Shown here: piece by piece, positions 20,501-28,426 of the stretch
Position numbering within the stretch: the stretch's first letter is position 1
Layout of the letters: each line of letters starts with the position of its first letter
Source of the DNA: an uncultured Gemmatimonadales bacterium
GTDB taxonomy: Bacteria; Gemmatimonadota; Gemmatimonadetes; Longimicrobiales; RSA9
Direction of reading: 5' to 3'
Length of the DNA stretch: 64,000 nucleotides
Assembly (NCBI GenBank): GCA_963798845.1
Contig: CAWCUS010000006.1
Span: forward strand, 1,295,060-1,359,059
Translations under genes and position numbers: made by a program
The notes under the pieces: generated by a model
The model's input: only the letters and a program-made list of their open reading frames with translations
What the model was told of the DNA's origin: nothing
Database searches by the model: none

Positions 20501-20857
20501 CCGGTCGATGGAGTCCAGCGCCGCGCCAAGCCGCGCCGCTTCTTCGGCATCCTCCCGCTCCCGGGCCTGCCGGTACGCCGCCTCCAGCCGCTCCTGGAAC
20601 CGCTCCCGAAGCTCCGCCGCCGCCTTGCGCGTGAACGTGACGGCGGCCATCTGCTCGACATCCCGCCCCGCCCGCACCAGCGCCACCATCCTCGCCACCA
20701 TGGACGCCGTCTTCCCCGAGCCCGCGCCGGCCTCCACCAGGAGATTGGCGTCCAGGTCGCCCGAGATCCGGTCCCTCGCCGCCTGGTCGGGCGGCGCCCA
20801 CGGGGTCGTCGCCCCGGCCGGCGCCGCCACGTTCACCCCCGTACCATGCCCGCTCAT
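17525..20857 (-). CDS. addA: AddA/AdnB-like UvrD helicase with C-terminal RecB-type nuclease
   Basis: EAGAGSGKT, TFTRKAA, VDEFQDT, VGDPKQSIYRFRRAD, HKAKGLE, LYVAATRA, GVIDL...VDFKT. Confidence 0.9.
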   Translation of the reverse strand: MSGHGTGVNVAAPAGATTPWAPPDQAARDRISGDLDANLLVEAGAGSGKTASMVARMVALVRAGRDVEQMAAVTFTRKAAAELRERFQERLEAAYRQAREREDAEEAARLGAALDSIDRCFLGTIHAFCARLLRERPLEARVPPEFEEVSGTDEDRLRAESWTRFLDRLAARDGSRLLAALAAHGLTPARLSGAFRELSGNPDVSFPAPASPAPRAAEVDAVRRQLEQLHDRSLALLPAVEHPDGWDPLQQKVRTLKFRRFVLGWGSDVAFLDALEYAVQSPNRLTQKRWSDEPEGKRAAKALREAWADFCSEDGRAHRLLRTWWAARYRVAIRFARAAAGAYEEDRLRLGQLTFQDLLVRTAALLRRNPEARRALGERYRWLLVDEFQDTDPVQAEILFLLSSEPPASSGGDGARVPWQALTPRPGALFVVGDPKQSIYRFRRADIGVYNQVKRGFRGFGDVLLLTTNFRSRSPIEAFVNRAFETRFPPAETEHQAAFAPLRVRPGSSASEGVFWYRFESDPGRGGFSGPRVAEPDAARLASWIRSRVDSGERRASDFMVLATRKSELATYARALEARGVPVQVTGAGVGAEEELHELLLLLRALADPGDPVLTLAVLEGLFFGLSHQQLLDHVRAGGRVSFTGETGSGPAGDALRTLQRFWRTSQRHPADIAVAALVDELGILPWAAAGELGATRAGAVVYALDSLRVAAGDGATSLSEAIEVLESALGEEADAPLVPGETGAVRVMNLHKAKGLEAPVVILAYPAKLDTPAPTRHVTRDGTGRAVGWLRITDPTQRGDRTLAAPMAWPDHWDAESPFTAAEDDRLLYVAATRAREELVVARCDRTEFDSCWSALHQTLDDPALATEIEPPLLPPAPREPLAEDASTIRGRIEQATADRERLAEPSYHARSVTARVHGEGADAVTRDPEPAGGDLPQVEILYLGGAEESARHAPRGSGWGSAVHRALEAAGRGRDGERLRRLCRLALVEHERPVDPTSGEPAELEELVALVERVRASAIWERVRSARHVLVEARLAFAADATEAGALGVDAPAERELFEGVIDLAFQDDAGRWTIVDFKTDARRDADRDRRYRRQLALYAVGLARTAG

Positions 20858-23800
20858 CGCCCGGCCCCGTGCTCGGCCCGCAGCTGCACCAGCGGCGCGT
20901 ACTCGGGCGAGGACTCCGCGGCACTCTTCGCCCAGGCCGCCCGCGGCGACGTCACGCCGCCCCAGTCGTCCCGCGCCACCCTGCACGCCGCCGCGTAGTC
21001 GCAGTACTTGCAGTCACCCGAGTCGGTGGTGGGAAGGAAGCGGCCGTCGCGGGCCAGGTCCAGGAGCGCGGCAATCACGTCGAGCCCCGGTTCCAGGACT
21101 GCCCTCGGGTACAATGTCACGTGGTTCTCTCCGGCGGTGGTGGGGAAATGGTACTCCATCACTTTCACCCGCCGGTCCGGCTCCAGCTGCTCCACGGCCA
21201 GGGAATAGAGGAGGTGCTGAAGGCGGCGCCCGCCGTCGAACGGCCGCTGCGCCCGATAGCGGTTCCCGCGACCGGTCTTGTAGTCGACGACCCGCAGCCC
21301 GCCGTCCTCCAGCGCGTCCACCCGGTCCACCCGGCCCCGCAGCCGGAGCCGCCCGCCCGGGACCGCGATCTCCACCTCGCCGCGCGAAGCGGCGTCGCCC
21401 GGCGGGCCGAACGCGAGCTCGGTCCACAGCACGCTCGGGCGCTGCTGAAGGAGCATGGTCGCGAACGAGAGCACGTCCGCCTCCAGCGCGTCCGTTTCCG
21501 CGCGCAGCACCGTCTCGCTCGGCGCCGGCAGCCTGCGCAGCGTGTCCCGGATCTCCTGGTGCAGCACCGCCACGGCGCTCCGCGCCAGCGAGGGGTCCGT
21601 GTAGTCCGCGTCCCGTCCCGCCTCCGCCACCGTCCGTTCGTAGACCGTGTGGAGCAGCGAGCCGCGCTCCAGCGCGTCGAGCCACATCTCCGGGTCGTAC
21701 GCCGGGTCCCGCACCGCCCGCGCGTCCAGGACGTACCGGTAGAAGTACTGGAGCGGGCATTTCCCCAGCGTCTCCAGTCGGGACGCCGAGTGGACCGTGT
21801 CGCCGGTGCGCGGATCCAGCCCCGGCGACGGCGACACCAGCCCGTCCCACGCCGTGGGCGACGCGGACGCCCGCGCTTCCGCCGCGCGCAGCCCCCCGTC
21901 CAGACCGGGGTGCAGCGCCCGCACGGCCTTCGTGCCGTCCCGGTGCGGACCGCCCGGCGCCGCCAGCGCGCCCAGCCACACGTCCGACCCGTCCAGCGCG
22001 CCGTCCGCCGGGACCGCGCACGCCAGGCCGCCGAGCCGTTCGCGGAGGTCGTCGTACGAGAGCGACGGATCGCCCTCCCTCAGGCGGAGCGCCTGGAGCA
22101 GCTCCGGCGCGGGGGCGATCACCCGCCCCTCCGTCATCTCCCACGCGGCGTACGACAGCGTCACCTCGCCGCGCAGCCGGGCCAGCACCGCCGCCAGCGC
22201 GTGACGCCCTTCCGTGAGCCGCTCGGCAGTCGTCGGCAGCCCGAGCGCCGCCCGATCGCCGTCGGGGAGCAGCGGGTCGGCCGCGCCGGCCGTGGCCGCG
22301 CCCGCGGCGAGCCCCACCACGAACGTGTGCGGCCGCGCCGCCAGCCCCCCGGCGGCGAGGTCGCTGAGGTGCACGCTCCCGGGCGCGGACGTCCACGACG
22401 TGAGCCGTCCGCCCTCCGTCCCCGGCGCGACCCGCGTCCGCAGACGGGCCCGAAGCATGGTCGCGGCCGCTCGCCAGGACGTTTCCCGGGTCAGCGCCGA
22501 CCGGGCGCGCTCGAGCCGCTCCACCAGCACCAGCCGCGCGGCCTCTTCCACGGCGTCGCCGTGCGGGACCCGCTCGAGCAGCGCGAGCAGGCCGCCCGCA
22601 AGCGCGCTCGACGAGGTCCGGGTCGTCTCCACGGCCTGCCGGTCCTCGAGCCGCGGCGTGGCGGACAGGATGGGCTCGAGGAGCGTGCGCAGCGCCCCGA
22701 GCTCCGCCCGCTCACGAGCCAGCGCCTCCACCGCCGCATCCGCGTCCCCGTCCCCTGCGCCCGGCCGCGCCGATTCCGCGGCGCTCCACGCCCGGTCGAG
22801 GGCGGCCATGTAGCGGTCGTACCCCCAGCCGATGCGGAGCCGGCGGAGTCGACGGGCGAGGGCCACGCCCGAAGGCCGGGTCGCCCGCGCCGCGTCTTCC
22901 GAACCGGCCTCGCCGTCGGCCTCCCCGTCGGGGGCGGCGATGTCACCCGTTTCCAGCAGATGCCGGATGACCTCTGCCGGGAACGCGTCCGACAACCACC
23001 GGAAATACGCCTCCGCCACGCGCCCGACGCGCGTGCGGCGCGCGTCCAGCCCGGCCGAAAACGTGACAGGGATTCCCAGCCGGCGGGCCAGGCCGTCCAG
23101 CGCGTTCCCGTACACGTCCGCATCCGTTGCGACGATCTCCACGCGATCCCAGGGGATCCCCGCGGCGACCACCCGCCGCAGCACCTCCCGCACTTCGTCC
23201 GCGGGCGTCGCGGCGGCGAACAGGTGCAGCCCGCCCGGCAGGCCGTGGGAGTCCAGGTCGGGCGCCAGCGCCCCGCCGCGCTCGCGCTCGTGAAGCCACG
23301 ACAGAGCGCCCACGGGCTCCGGGGCCGCCGCCCATACGCGGCCAACCGGGGGCTCCAGCCCCAGCGTGTCGTCCGTCTCCAGCACCTGCGCGCCGTGGCC
23401 CATCAGCCGGGCGTACAGACGCCCCGCGACACCATGTGCGTCGAGGCCGGGGAGCAGGTACACACGGGACCCGGCCAGGCCGTCCTGGCCCGGCAGCGCC
23501 AGGGCGTCGGCGGACCTGGCCAGCAGCGCCGGCCCGTCCACCAGCGACCCGGCCCGGAGTCCGGCTTCGTAACGCTCCAGGACCCTCGCCAGCAGCCCGA
23601 TCCGGGCGTCGCCTGCACGCGCGCGCCGTAGCGCGGCCGGCGTCAGCCCTGCCGCACGGAGAGACTCCACGCTGCGCCGCATCGGGTCACGGTACGCCGC
23701 CGGGACCTCCCGCAGGAACGGCCTGGCGCCCCCCGCCGCCTCCGCCTCGTCGATGGCGACGTCCGCCACGGCCATGAGATCGAACGCGTCCGCCGTCCGG

Positions 23801-24027
23801 AGGCCCTCTCCGGCGAGCGTGTCGCCCACGATCGAGAGCGCCAGCTGCCGCGGCGACAGCGGCTCCCAGCCCAGCCACGCCACGCCGGAGAGGGCCAGGG
23901 AGCGCAGCAGCTCGCGTCCCTGGGCCGGCGATTCGCACACGAGCAGCTTCCGCTCGTGCGGATGCGCTTTCGAGGCCAGCGCCAGCGAGCGCAGGAGGAC
24001 GGGGAGGTGGTCGGCATGGGTGTCCAT
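20854..24027 (-). CDS. addB: AddB/AdnA-like protein with PD-(D/E)XK nuclease and Fe-S cysteines
   Basis: SASRLETLGKCP, GRVDRVD, VDYKTG, CKYCDYAAAC; ATGA coupling to addA. Confidence 0.88.
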   Translation of the reverse strand: MDTHADHLPVLLRSLALASKAHPHERKLLVCESPAQGRELLRSLALSGVAWLGWEPLSPRQLALSIVGDTLAGEGLRTADAFDLMAVADVAIDEAEAAGGARPFLREVPAAYRDPMRRSVESLRAAGLTPAALRRARAGDARIGLLARVLERYEAGLRAGSLVDGPALLARSADALALPGQDGLAGSRVYLLPGLDAHGVAGRLYARLMGHGAQVLETDDTLGLEPPVGRVWAAAPEPVGALSWLHERERGGALAPDLDSHGLPGGLHLFAAATPADEVREVLRRVVAAGIPWDRVEIVATDADVYGNALDGLARRLGIPVTFSAGLDARRTRVGRVAEAYFRWLSDAFPAEVIRHLLETGDIAAPDGEADGEAGSEDAARATRPSGVALARRLRRLRIGWGYDRYMAALDRAWSAAESARPGAGDGDADAAVEALARERAELGALRTLLEPILSATPRLEDRQAVETTRTSSSALAGGLLALLERVPHGDAVEEAARLVLVERLERARSALTRETSWRAAATMLRARLRTRVAPGTEGGRLTSWTSAPGSVHLSDLAAGGLAARPHTFVVGLAAGAATAGAADPLLPDGDRAALGLPTTAERLTEGRHALAAVLARLRGEVTLSYAAWEMTEGRVIAPAPELLQALRLREGDPSLSYDDLRERLGGLACAVPADGALDGSDVWLGALAAPGGPHRDGTKAVRALHPGLDGGLRAAEARASASPTAWDGLVSPSPGLDPRTGDTVHSASRLETLGKCPLQYFYRYVLDARAVRDPAYDPEMWLDALERGSLLHTVYERTVAEAGRDADYTDPSLARSAVAVLHQEIRDTLRRLPAPSETVLRAETDALEADVLSFATMLLQQRPSVLWTELAFGPPGDAASRGEVEIAVPGGRLRLRGRVDRVDALEDGGLRVVDYKTGRGNRYRAQRPFDGGRRLQHLLYSLAVEQLEPDRRVKVMEYHFPTTAGENHVTLYPRAVLEPGLDVIAALLDLARDGRFLPTTDSGDCKYCDYAAACRVARDDWGGVTSPRAAWAKSAAESSPEYAPLVQLRAEHGAGR

Positions 24028-24034
24028 GGGCCGA

Positions 24035-24056
24035 AAGTTATCGCATCCCTGTGACA
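24035..24056 (-). promoter_or_regulatory. PafBC/RecA-NDp-like promoter of addBA (leaderless spacing)
   Basis: TGTCAC-agggatgcga-TA-act-T followed by 7 nt then ATG. Confidence 0.7.
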
Positions 24057-24261
24057 GCGGCAGGGCGTCGCGGCCTTCGGCTCGACGATCCCCTCGTCCT
24101 GCCGATCCTGAAAGGCAGGATGGATCCCATGTTTCCGATCAACCTCATGAGCGGGACGCCCGCGCAGGCCGACGGAATCCGAAGGGGCCCCCGGTCGCCC
24201 GGGAGCCCCTCGGTCCTGCCGACGGTTCGAGCTGCGAGGGCGTCGTCCCCCGCCCCCGCCG

Positions 24262-25701
24262 CTACATGGCGCCTACCGCTTTCGCCACGTTGATCCGACC
24301 CCTGCCGTAGAACGGCGTGTTGCCGCCGCCGATCGGGTCGGCCGAGTTGCGGATGTACGCCCGCACCCGCGCCGGGTTGCGGCCCACGTCTTCCACCGCC
24401 AGCGCGGCCAGCCCGGAGACGTGCGGGGCGGCCTGGCTGGTGCCGGCAACGCCGAGATAGTAGAGACCGGTCTGGCACACCGGGATGGCGAGGCTCGTCT
24501 GCGGACAGAGAGCGTACACCCAGTCACCGCCGCCCCCGCCGGGCGCCGCCACGTCGATGGCAGACCGGCCGTAGTTGGTGTAGCTGGCCGGCTCGTCATT
24601 GGATCGCGTCGCGGACACGCAGATCACGTGCGTCGCGTTGCAGTACATGTCGAACAGCAATGGGGCGTGCAGGAAGACCGGGTTTTCTTCCTCGTCCTCC
24701 CCGACCGGCACGAGCTCCCGGTCCAGGTCAATGGCGTCATTGCCGGCGGACACCACCACCGTGACGCCTCGCTGCGCCGCGTAGTTCATGAGGCGGTTGT
24801 AGGCTGCGACCGCGCCCGGATAGACGGCTTTCTGAAACGGCCCGCCCAGGCTCATGTTGATCACGTCGGCGCCATTGTCGATGGCGTAGAGGATGCCCTG
24901 GAACACGCCGTGGCAGCCGCCCAGCACGCTGCACACCTTCACCGACATGAGCATCGTCCCGGACGTCACCCCCGCGAACCGCGACGCATTGCTCGCCACC
25001 TGCGTGGCCACGTTGGTGCCGTGGAAGTGCAGGTCCGTGCTCGGATGGCGCTCTGGCCAGTAGAGCGCGGTCAGGGAGTCGTCCTTGGGCTCGAACGAGG
25101 CCGAGCGGGACAGGTCCACCCGGCCCACCAGGTCCGGCAGCAGGTAGTCGATCCCCGTGTCCAGGATCGCGACCGTCACGTCCGACGACCCCAGGCGCCC
25201 CGCCGCCCACGCCTGTTCGGCGTGGATCTGGCTCATGTTCCATTGGGCGTCGTAGTAACGCGCGGTGGTCGGATCCGCTGCGCTCTGCGGGCCCGCCGCC
25301 CGGGACGGCGCCATCGCCTCCACCGCCGCCGGCCGGCCCACCGCCGCCGGCTCGATCAGCTGGAACTCAATGTCCGGCGCCACGTACTGCGCTTTCACCC
25401 GCTCCTGGAGCTCGGTCGCCGCGGCGTCGTCCAGCCCCTCCACGAGCGCCACGCCGATTCGGTGGTTGAGCAGGACCTTCCCGCCGAGCGAGGCGACCGT
25501 CGCCTCGAAGTCCTTCGGGGCCTTCTTGCTGAACACGACGAGGTGCCGCGGGCCGATCTCGGGAGCCCCGCCTGGCAGCGTCAGCCGCGCTGCCGAGGCG
25601 TCGGCCGGCTTCAGGGCCGGCTCCACGACCGTCGCCGTATCCGAGCACGCGGCCGCCGCCACGGCCATCGTGGCCGCGGCGATCCACTTCCGGTACACCA
25701 T
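24262..25701 (-). CDS. S8 subtilisin-like serine peptidase, lipoprotein
   Basis: Lipobox AAAC; ILDTG, HGTNVA, SAGN, GTSQAAPHV. Confidence 0.93.
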   Translation of the reverse strand: MVYRKWIAAATMAVAAAACSDTATVVEPALKPADASAARLTLPGGAPEIGPRHLVVFSKKAPKDFEATVASLGGKVLLNHRIGVALVEGLDDAAATELQERVKAQYVAPDIEFQLIEPAAVGRPAAVEAMAPSRAAGPQSAADPTTARYYDAQWNMSQIHAEQAWAAGRLGSSDVTVAILDTGIDYLLPDLVGRVDLSRSASFEPKDDSLTALYWPERHPSTDLHFHGTNVATQVASNASRFAGVTSGTMLMSVKVCSVLGGCHGVFQGILYAIDNGADVINMSLGGPFQKAVYPGAVAAYNRLMNYAAQRGVTVVVSAGNDAIDLDRELVPVGEDEEENPVFLHAPLLFDMYCNATHVICVSATRSNDEPASYTNYGRSAIDVAAPGGGGGDWVYALCPQTSLAIPVCQTGLYYLGVAGTSQAAPHVSGLAALAVEDVGRNPARVRAYIRNSADPIGGGNTPFYGRGRINVAKAVGAM

Positions 25702-25921
25702 GGGACTGCTCCTCGAACAAGGGTGTCTCGCCGACCTCGCGGGCAGGGGAGCGCGCGGGAGAGAGGCCGCCCCGGGGATAAGGGGTAGACGATGATTCAC
25801 TTTCCGTCGCGGCAGTGCAACTCCCTCGTGTCCGACGCGGCGACTCGACACTCGTCCTGCCAACCCCCTTCCGTGTCGTGAATCTGGAATTCGGTGCCCG
25901 TGGCGCCCTATCTTGGCCCCC

Positions 25922-28270
25922 ATGCCCCTTTCCGATCTCTGGACCCGTCTGCGCCGGTCCCATCTGATCCAGGTCCTCGTCCTCTATCTCGGCGCCTCGT
26001 GGGGCCTGCTCCAGGTCACCGAGTCGATCGCGGACGCGATCGACCTGCCCGCGTGGGTCGTGCCCCTCGTCCTGATCCTGCTCCTGGTGGGCCTCCTCAT
26101 CGTGGCGGGCACCGCCTGGGTGCTGTCCCACCCGCTCCAGCGCGAGCGGGCGGCCACGAACGAGGTGCCCGAGCCGTGGGAGATCGACTTCCGCGACTTC
26201 GGGCGTTCCGTGCGCGCGGGCCGGCTGCCGCACCTGACGTGGGCGAGGGCGTTCACCGGCGGCATGGCGGCGCTCACGCTGACCGTCGGGCTGGCGGGCG
26301 GCTACGTCCTGTTCCGCGGCGACGGCGTTGGTCCCCACAGGACGGAGCTGGAGGACACGGCCGCCCGCGGCATCGCGGTCCTCCCGTTCTCGGCCCGCGG
26401 CGTGGGGGATGACGAGCTGTGGGGGGACGGGCTGGTGGACCTCCTGAGCACGAACCTGGACGGCATGGGCGGGCTGCGGGCGATCGACAGCCGCACCGTC
26501 CTGGCGCGCTGGCGGGAGCGCCGGGGCGACGCCGCCGGCGACCTCTCCGGCGTGCTCGCCGTCGCGGCTTCCGCGGGTGCCCACTTCGCCGTGACCGGCT
26601 CGGTCGTGGGCGTCGGCGACCACGTTCGCGTCGCGGCCCACCTGTACGACGTCGACTCCGCGGAAGAGCTGGGGTCCGGCGCGGCCGAGGGCGCCCGGGA
26701 CAGCGTGCTCACGCTGGTGGACGGGCTCTCCGTCGATCTCCTGCGCCAGCTCCTGGCGCGCGAGCAGATCGGCGACATCCCGGAGCGCACGCTGGCCAGC
26801 GTCACCACGGCATCGGTGCCGGCGCTGCGCGCATACCTGCGCGGCGAGGCCGCGAACCGTCGCGCGGATTTCGGCGTCGCAGCGGCGGCCTACGAGCAGG
26901 CGCTTTCGGCAGACTCCACGTTCGCGCTGGCGGCGGCTCGCCTCGCCACCGCGTACGGATGGATGCAGCAGCGCGGCGCCGCCGACGCGCTCCGGATGAT
27001 GGGGCTGGCCGCGCGCCACACCGACCGGCTGCCCGCGCGGGACGCGGCGCTGGTCGGGGCCTACGACGGCGCGCTCCACGAGGGCGACCCGGAGGCCCTC
27101 CGCACCCTCGAGGACCTGGCCGTCGCCTACCCGGACGACCCGGAGGCCTGGTACATGCTGGGCGAGGCCCGCTACCACCTGGGCCCGATGATGCTGATCA
27201 CGGCGGCGTCGGCGGCCAACGCGTTCGAGCGTGCCATCCGCCTCGATTCCACTTACGCGCCGGCCTACATCCACGCCATGGAAGTGCGCATCGGCGAGGG
27301 GCGCGACTCGGCGCGCGTCGCCCGTTTGCTGGACGCGTACGCCGGTGTGGCCGCCGCCGACACGCGCCTGGCGTCGCTACGCCTGGCGTTCAGGGCGGCG
27401 TTCGCCGCCGACCCCGCAGCCGTCGTTGCGCGCCTGGACACGCTCGAGCCCGGTCAGGTCGCCTACGCGATCGGCGACCTCTTCCGCGGGGGCGCCCGCA
27501 ACGCCCGCGCGCTCTACGCCATCGCCGATCGCCTTGCCGGAGATCCGTCGCTGGCCGCGGCCGGCCCGGACGAAGTCCGCCGCGCCCGGGCGACCCTCGC
27601 CGCCGAGACCGGGCGCATCGAGCGTGCGGAACGCCTGGCCGCGACTGCCGACCCGGCCACCAGAGCTGCCGTTGCCAGCATCATCGCCGTGGAATACGGC
27701 TTCTCCCTTCCGCGTGATCTCGAGGATGCGGTGCTGGCGCCGGAGCCGGGTGTGGCACCACCGGTGCTCCTGGATGCTGCGCTCGTCGCTCTGACCGTCG
27801 GCCGGGAGCGCGATGCAGAGCGCCTCGTCGAGCGACTTCGGCGCTATCCCGGCGCGAGCGCCGACACGACGTTCGACGCCTTCGTGCCCGCGGCGCTCCA
27901 GGCCATCGAAGGCTTCAGCGCCTGGAAGGACGGGCGGCTCACCGAAGCTGCGCAGCGCCTGGAGGCCGTCCGCCTCGCCACCATCGGCTTCGGACCGACC
28001 GAGCAGGTCAACGCCTACGCTCGCCTGTGGCTCGGCGCCATACAGGCCGCGCTCAGGCACCATCAGCGAGCGCTCGTGTATCTCCAGTCGACCCGATCGG
28101 GGGCTCGTGCGCTCCTCCTCGCCGGTGAATCGCTCGAGATCCTCGGCCGCGACGACGAGGCGCGTTCCGCCTACGCCGACGCCCTCCACGTATGGATCGA
28201 CGCCGACGTGGGCTTCTCGCCCGCCGACCGCGCCCGCCGAGGCCTCAAGCGGCTCAGCGAAGACAGCTGA
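25922..28270 (+). CDS. Membrane-anchored TolB-like N-terminal domain + TPR protein
   Basis: LRRSHLIQVLVLY 2-TM start, IAVLPF motif, AYLRG...DSTFALA TPR pattern. Confidence 0.8.
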   Translation: MPLSDLWTRLRRSHLIQVLVLYLGASWGLLQVTESIADAIDLPAWVVPLVLILLLVGLLIVAGTAWVLSHPLQRERAATNEVPEPWEIDFRDFGRSVRAGRLPHLTWARAFTGGMAALTLTVGLAGGYVLFRGDGVGPHRTELEDTAARGIAVLPFSARGVGDDELWGDGLVDLLSTNLDGMGGLRAIDSRTVLARWRERRGDAAGDLSGVLAVAASAGAHFAVTGSVVGVGDHVRVAAHLYDVDSAEELGSGAAEGARDSVLTLVDGLSVDLLRQLLAREQIGDIPERTLASVTTASVPALRAYLRGEAANRRADFGVAAAAYEQALSADSTFALAAARLATAYGWMQQRGAADALRMMGLAARHTDRLPARDAALVGAYDGALHEGDPEALRTLEDLAVAYPDDPEAWYMLGEARYHLGPMMLITAASAANAFERAIRLDSTYAPAYIHAMEVRIGEGRDSARVARLLDAYAGVAAADTRLASLRLAFRAAFAADPAAVVARLDTLEPGQVAYAIGDLFRGGARNARALYAIADRLAGDPSLAAAGPDEVRRARATLAAETGRIERAERLAATADPATRAAVASIIAVEYGFSLPRDLEDAVLAPEPGVAPPVLLDAALVALTVGRERDAERLVERLRRYPGASADTTFDAFVPAALQAIEGFSAWKDGRLTEAAQRLEAVRLATIGFGPTEQVNAYARLWLGAIQAALRHHQRALVYLQSTRSGARALLLAGESLEILGRDDEARSAYADALHVWIDADVGFSPADRARRGLKRLSEDS

Positions 28271-28426
28271 CGCTCGCCCCTCGGCTCGCTTTCGAGCGCC
28301 CGCTGAGCGCGCTGTCGTGCGGCCGCGACGCGGCCCGTCGAGCGGTCGCGCGAACCGCTCCCTGCCGCCGACCCACTTGCTTCCACCCACCCCCCGTGCA
28401 ACTTTACACAGCCCCTAGAAATCCCC

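Noticed and set aside
24060..24250. Riboswitch or ncRNA between the S8 peptidase and addB
   Set aside because: Only generic GC-rich hairpins; no recognisable family consensus.
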